30,957 bases of DNA from Acidobacteriaceae bacterium (lineage in GTDB: Bacteria > Acidobacteriota > Terriglobia > Bryobacterales > Bryobacteraceae), in NCBI GenBank assembly GCA_019239585.1, contig JAFAZU010000112.1:1-30957 (forward strand), in the 5' to 3' direction. The translations under genes were made by a program, and so were the position numbers. The first letter of the stretch is position 1. The number at the start of each line of letters is the position of its first letter. The notes under the pieces are model-generated. The model saw nothing but the letters and a program-made list of their open reading frames with translations, did no database searches and was not told where the DNA came from. This document shows positions 27,394 through 30,957 of the stretch, piece by piece.

Positions 27394-28425
27394 ATGCTTT
27401 CCCGGCAGGAGATTCAGAAGTTTCAAAACAGTTTATTGCGGTGGTACTCCGTCCATCAGCGCGATCTACCATGGCGGCGCACGCGGGACCCGTATGCCAT
27501 CTGGATCTCGGAAATTATGCTGCAGCAAACGCGCGTAGCTGCAGTGATCCCTTATTACGAGCGGTTTTTGCAAAAGTTTCCGGACTTCCGGGCGCTGGCA
27601 GCAGCCCCGGAACAGGAGCTTTTAGCGTACTGGGCCGGTTTGGGGTATTATTACCGGGCCCGCCATATGCAAAAAGCGGCCCAAAAAATAGCGGAAAAGG
27701 GCGCCTTCCCTAACAGCTATGACGAGATCCGGTCCTTACCGGGCATCGGCGAATACACGGCGGCGGCAGTGGCCAGTATCGGGTTTAACCTGCCGCATGC
27801 GGTAGTGGATGGAAACGTTTATCGCGTCCTGAGCAGAATTTTTAACGACTCGACAAATATTGCATCCAGCCGAGCGCGGAAACACTTTGCGTCGCTGGCC
27901 GAGACCGTTCTCGACCGTCGCCAGCCAGGAACTTATAATCAGGCGCTCATGGAATTGGGAGCTACGGTATGTCTTCCCAAAAGGCCGCAATGTCTGCTTT
28001 GCCCTGTAGCCTCCGTATGCCGGGCACGGGCGCAGGGTACGCAAGACACGTTGCCGGTCAAAATTAAGCCGCAAAAGAGCGTTGGAGAGGAACGCACTTT
28101 GTTTCTGGTTGAGCAGGGAGACAGCATTCTACTGTGGCAGCGACCCGCAGACTCGCGCTTAATGCCCGGCTTTTGGGAATTGCCGGAACGGGCGCACCTG
28201 CCGGAAGCGGTACCGTGCCGACTGGTAGGATCGTTCCGTCACGGCATTACCTTTCATGATTACCGTTTTGAGCTTCGAGAAGCAACGGTGGATGGGGATG
28301 TTGGAGATTGCCGGTGGGTTGCCAAAACAGAACTCCCGTGCTTACCGCTCAGCACGATTGTCCGAAAGGCCTTCGGCGTGCTAAAGCGTGGAACGGCGGT
28401 CAGCGCCCATGCGTCAGGGGTATAG
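27394..28425 (+). CDS. mutY: A/G-specific adenine glycosylase
   Basis: RDLPWR, SEIMLQQT, GLGYYYRA, HhH LPGIGEYTAAA, VDGNVYRVLSR, 4Fe-4S CLPKRPQCLLCPVASVC, C-terminal NUDIX-like domain. Start is GTG 27391 or ATG 27394. Confidence 0.96.
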   Translation: MLSRQEIQKFQNSLLRWYSVHQRDLPWRRTRDPYAIWISEIMLQQTRVAAVIPYYERFLQKFPDFRALAAAPEQELLAYWAGLGYYYRARHMQKAAQKIAEKGAFPNSYDEIRSLPGIGEYTAAAVASIGFNLPHAVVDGNVYRVLSRIFNDSTNIASSRARKHFASLAETVLDRRQPGTYNQALMELGATVCLPKRPQCLLCPVASVCRARAQGTQDTLPVKIKPQKSVGEERTLFLVEQGDSILLWQRPADSRLMPGFWELPERAHLPEAVPCRLVGSFRHGITFHDYRFELREATVDGDVGDCRWVAKTELPCLPLSTIVRKAFGVLKRGTAVSAHASGV

Positions 28426-28469
28426 CAAAAGTTTGGGATCACAGCTAGACTCTACTAGGAGGAGTAATC

Positions 28470-29258
28470 ATGCTTAAGCACTTGGGAATGGTTTGCCTGC
28501 TGGGAACAACGTTATGGGCACAGGAATCGAACCCGCAGCCGCCGGGAGATTTCAGCCAAAGGCAAGCGTCGCTGCCGAATGCCGCCTATAGCGTTCCGCC
28601 TGGAACGCATATCCTGCTGAACATGATCAACAGCATCAGCACGAAGCAGGCGGTTGTAGGCGACCGGATTTATCTGGAAACTGCCTTTCCGGTTATGTCG
28701 AACGGGAAAATTATTATCCCGCCGGGCAGTTGGGTGACAGGCACCATTACGGAAGTGAAGCGGCCCGGAAGAGTGAAGGGCCGGGGCGAGTTACAGGTGC
28801 GCTTCGATTCATTAACTCTGCCCAATGGAGTTTCGCGGGACTTTCGGGCTGACCTTGGGGCGATTGATGCTCGGGACAATCAGGATCTAAAGCGTGAGGA
28901 AAGTAAGGTTGGCGGGCCAAGTAACAAGGGCGGTGATGCCGGGACAGTTATTGGTGCTTCTGCAAGCGGTGCAGCGCTGGGATCGGTTATTGGGCTAGGA
29001 TCGGGTCATCCGGGGGCCGGAGCGGGTATAGGCGCTGGCGCCGGAGCTGCGGCTGGATTGCTGGGCGTGCTTCTGACTCGGGGCCCTAACGCGATTTTGG
29101 CGAAAGGATCAACGGTCGAGATGGTACTGGACCGCCCGCTCAGCTTTACGGAAAACGAAACTGACTTTCGCAATGCACCGTCGCGAGCAGTTCTGAGCGA
29201 AGGCGGAGCGCCCGTTCAGTCACAGCAGCGGCAGCGGAGATGGCCTCTGCCTTACTGA
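28470..29258 (+). CDS. Exported TrbI/VirB10-like beta-barrel domain protein with glycine-zipper segment
   Basis: AGGAGG SD; signal peptide; VPPGTHILL...ISTKQAVVGD...GSWVTGTITEV...GELQVRFDSLTL; GASASGAALGSVIG...GAGIGAGAGAAAGLLGVLLTRG. Confidence 0.72.
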   Translation: MLKHLGMVCLLGTTLWAQESNPQPPGDFSQRQASLPNAAYSVPPGTHILLNMINSISTKQAVVGDRIYLETAFPVMSNGKIIIPPGSWVTGTITEVKRPGRVKGRGELQVRFDSLTLPNGVSRDFRADLGAIDARDNQDLKREESKVGGPSNKGGDAGTVIGASASGAALGSVIGLGSGHPGAGAGIGAGAGAAAGLLGVLLTRGPNAILAKGSTVEMVLDRPLSFTENETDFRNAPSRAVLSEGGAPVQSQQRQRRWPLPY

Positions 29259-29259
29259 C

Positions 29260-29547
29260 ATGGGCTTCGATAGCGAACCGGTTTCCGTTCCTATTACGGA
29301 CGTGTTCGACCTTCACCCGTTTGCGCCGCGTGATGTGAAGGCAGCGGTCGAGGCTTACCTCGAAGAGGCGCATTCCCTCGGCTTAACGGCGCTACGGATC
29401 ATTCATGGGCGCGGAATCGGGGTGCAGCGTGAAATCGTTCGGAAAGTTCTGGCGCGCACGCCGTTTATTTTGTCCTACTCCGATGCTCCTGGGGAGGCAG
29501 GCGGGTGGGGCGCGACAATTGTTACGCTGCGTCCTCCGCAGCCTTAA
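29260..29547 (+). CDS. Stand-alone Smr (small MutS-related) domain protein
   Basis: FDLHPF, RIIHGRGIGVQR, GGWGATIV; starts 1 nt after the upstream stop. Confidence 0.92.
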   Translation: MGFDSEPVSVPITDVFDLHPFAPRDVKAAVEAYLEEAHSLGLTALRIIHGRGIGVQREIVRKVLARTPFILSYSDAPGEAGGWGATIVTLRPPQP

Positions 29548-30533
29548 TGAGCCGACTCGACCGGTTCTTCAGTATTTTCGGCGTTCTCACCCTCACGCAC
29601 AACCGGTTTGCCATCACGCGTGTAGTAATAATCGTGGTAGTAGGTGTATTTACTGTAGAGCTCTCCGCGCCGGGCACCGTTCACGACGACACCGAGAACA
29701 TTGTTTTCGCAGAGGGATTGCATGGCGCGGGCGACGGAGTCGTAAGTAGTCGAGCCGATACGCACAACCAAGATGGTACCGTCGCACATGGTAGCGAGCA
29801 GATTGCCATCAGCCGCGAAGAGAAGCGGCGGACTGTCGAGAATAACCCAATCGAAGTGGTTGCGCAGTTCTTCAATCAGCGACTTGCACTCTCGCAGATT
29901 CAGCAGTTCCAATGGGTTAGGAACGGATTCACCAGCGGGCAGCACATATAGATTTGTGCCAGCCACTCGGAGCAAAATGTCACTCAACGCTGCCTTTCCG
30001 ACGAGGTAATCGGTAATACCCGGGCAGCAATGAACTTGAAGCGTACTGTGGATAGAAGGACGTCGGAAATCGAAATCCGCCAGGAGAACCCGTCTTTGCG
30101 CCAACTGTGATTGGGTAATGGCGAGATTGATGGCCGTGAAGGATTTGCCTTCCGCCGGCGAAGCGCTGGTCACGACCAGGGTGTGCAACGGTTGCAGGCG
30201 TTGGAGGTGGTCGAGCCGGGTGCGAAGAGTTTTAAACTCCTCGGCTGGCGCTTGACGCGGCTGGGTCGGATGAATGATCAGAGCGTCCGGCAAAGGATTG
30301 AACGCGATCTCGCGGGCATTCGCGATGAGGTCTTCCAGGTTTTCGGTATCGGGCCGGACGAAAGCCTCTGTTTCTGCGGCTGCGGGAGGAGCCGGAACGT
30401 CAATCGGCGGTGGAAGAGGCGCCTCCGAGCGATGCACTTCCGCACGGCCAGCCGTCCTTTCAGCACGTCCTGGTCGACGAGGCTCATAGCTTTCCTGCGA
30501 TGCTTTGCGCAATGCGTCGTGAACACGGCTCAT
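29544..30533 (-). CDS. CpsD/CapB-family bacterial tyrosine kinase (EPS biosynthesis)
   Basis: MSRVHDALRKA N-terminus; Walker A SPAEGKS, A' LADFDFRRP, B VILDSPP; C-terminal Tyr cluster YSKYTYYHDYYY (7 Tyr). Confidence 0.92.
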   Translation of the reverse strand: MSRVHDALRKASQESYEPRRPGRAERTAGRAEVHRSEAPLPPPIDVPAPPAAAETEAFVRPDTENLEDLIANAREIAFNPLPDALIIHPTQPRQAPAEEFKTLRTRLDHLQRLQPLHTLVVTSASPAEGKSFTAINLAITQSQLAQRRVLLADFDFRRPSIHSTLQVHCCPGITDYLVGKAALSDILLRVAGTNLYVLPAGESVPNPLELLNLRECKSLIEELRNHFDWVILDSPPLLFAADGNLLATMCDGTILVVRIGSTTYDSVARAMQSLCENNVLGVVVNGARRGELYSKYTYYHDYYYTRDGKPVVREGENAENTEEPVESAH

Positions 30534-30552
30534 ATATTTATCCTTTTATCGT

Positions 30553-30957
30553 TTACTTATGTATGTAGTAACGGCCTATCGATACGGCCATGATCGCCAA
30601 TCCGGCCACAGTGGCGGTAGCCCAACTGACCCACAACATCTGCTTGCGTCGCTGAACTACCACATCATTTTCCAGAAAAGGAACACTTCCCAGAACCGTA
30701 AGCTGCGTGTACATCCGGGCATCCTTCAGAGTTTTAAGCGACGTGTCTTTCACTTCGCGAACCGCCACAATCATGATCCCGAGGACCAGCCCCGCGACAA
30801 TGCCCATGGGAAGCATCTTTAAACGTTGAGGAGAAGCAGGCGTTGTCGGCAGCGATGCTTGATCGATTACTTCCAGCGTTTGACCCTGCTTGCGCTCCTC
30901 CATGTGCATCGAAGCCGTCGAGAGCTGGCGTTTTCTATCCTGCTCGAACCATTGAGC
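30553..30957 (-). CDS. Polysaccharide chain-length determinant / co-polymerase (Wzz/GumC type), 3' part only
   Basis: Frame is open to the window edge (AQWFEQDRKRQLSTASMHMEERKQGQ...); LEVIDQASLPTTPASP Pro-rich motif followed by TM; KTLKDARMYTQLTVLGSVP; second TM. Confidence 0.85.
   Translation of the reverse strand, partial: AQWFEQDRKRQLSTASMHMEERKQGQTLEVIDQASLPTTPASPQRLKMLPMGIVAGLVLGIMIVAVREVKDTSLKTLKDARMYTQLTVLGSVPFLENDVVVQRRKQMLWVSWATATVAGLAIMAVSIGRYYIHK

Noticed and set aside
27311-27472. 54-aa N-terminal extension of UvrA in the ORF track
   Set aside because: It overlaps mutY head-to-head and lacks UvrA similarity; ATG 27310 is more plausible.

Overview
Chromosomal window, probably from an Acidobacteriota genome (Bryobacteraceae/Solibacter-like). 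This is an inference from gene families and gene order, not a database result. The left half (about 1-17.1 kb) is an accessory cell-surface/glycan region. It holds a Cys-rich secreted protein, a SurA-like/DsbA fusion, wecE, two GT-C-fold membrane glycosyltransferases, an extended-SDR epimerase whose catalytic Tyr is Phe, a SAM methyltransferase, a PEP-CTERM repeat protein, a 1040-aa mosaic secreted protein, tRNA-Ser(GCT) and a beta-helix plus ricin-lectin protein. The right half is mostly housekeeping: hom, pyrR-pyrB-pyrC, a GH28-like gene broken by one in-frame TAG, selA, uvrA, mutY, a VirB10-like/glycine-zipper protein, an Smr protein, and the end of an EPS locus (BY-kinase and chain-length determinant). 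No integrase, transposase, CRISPR array or rRNA was seen. The best candidate for an undescribed system is the amino/deoxy-sugar plus dual GT-C cluster next to PEP-CTERM and mosaic surface proteins, a possible surface-protein or lipid glycosylation module. All family assignments come from motifs read by eye; no searches were run.
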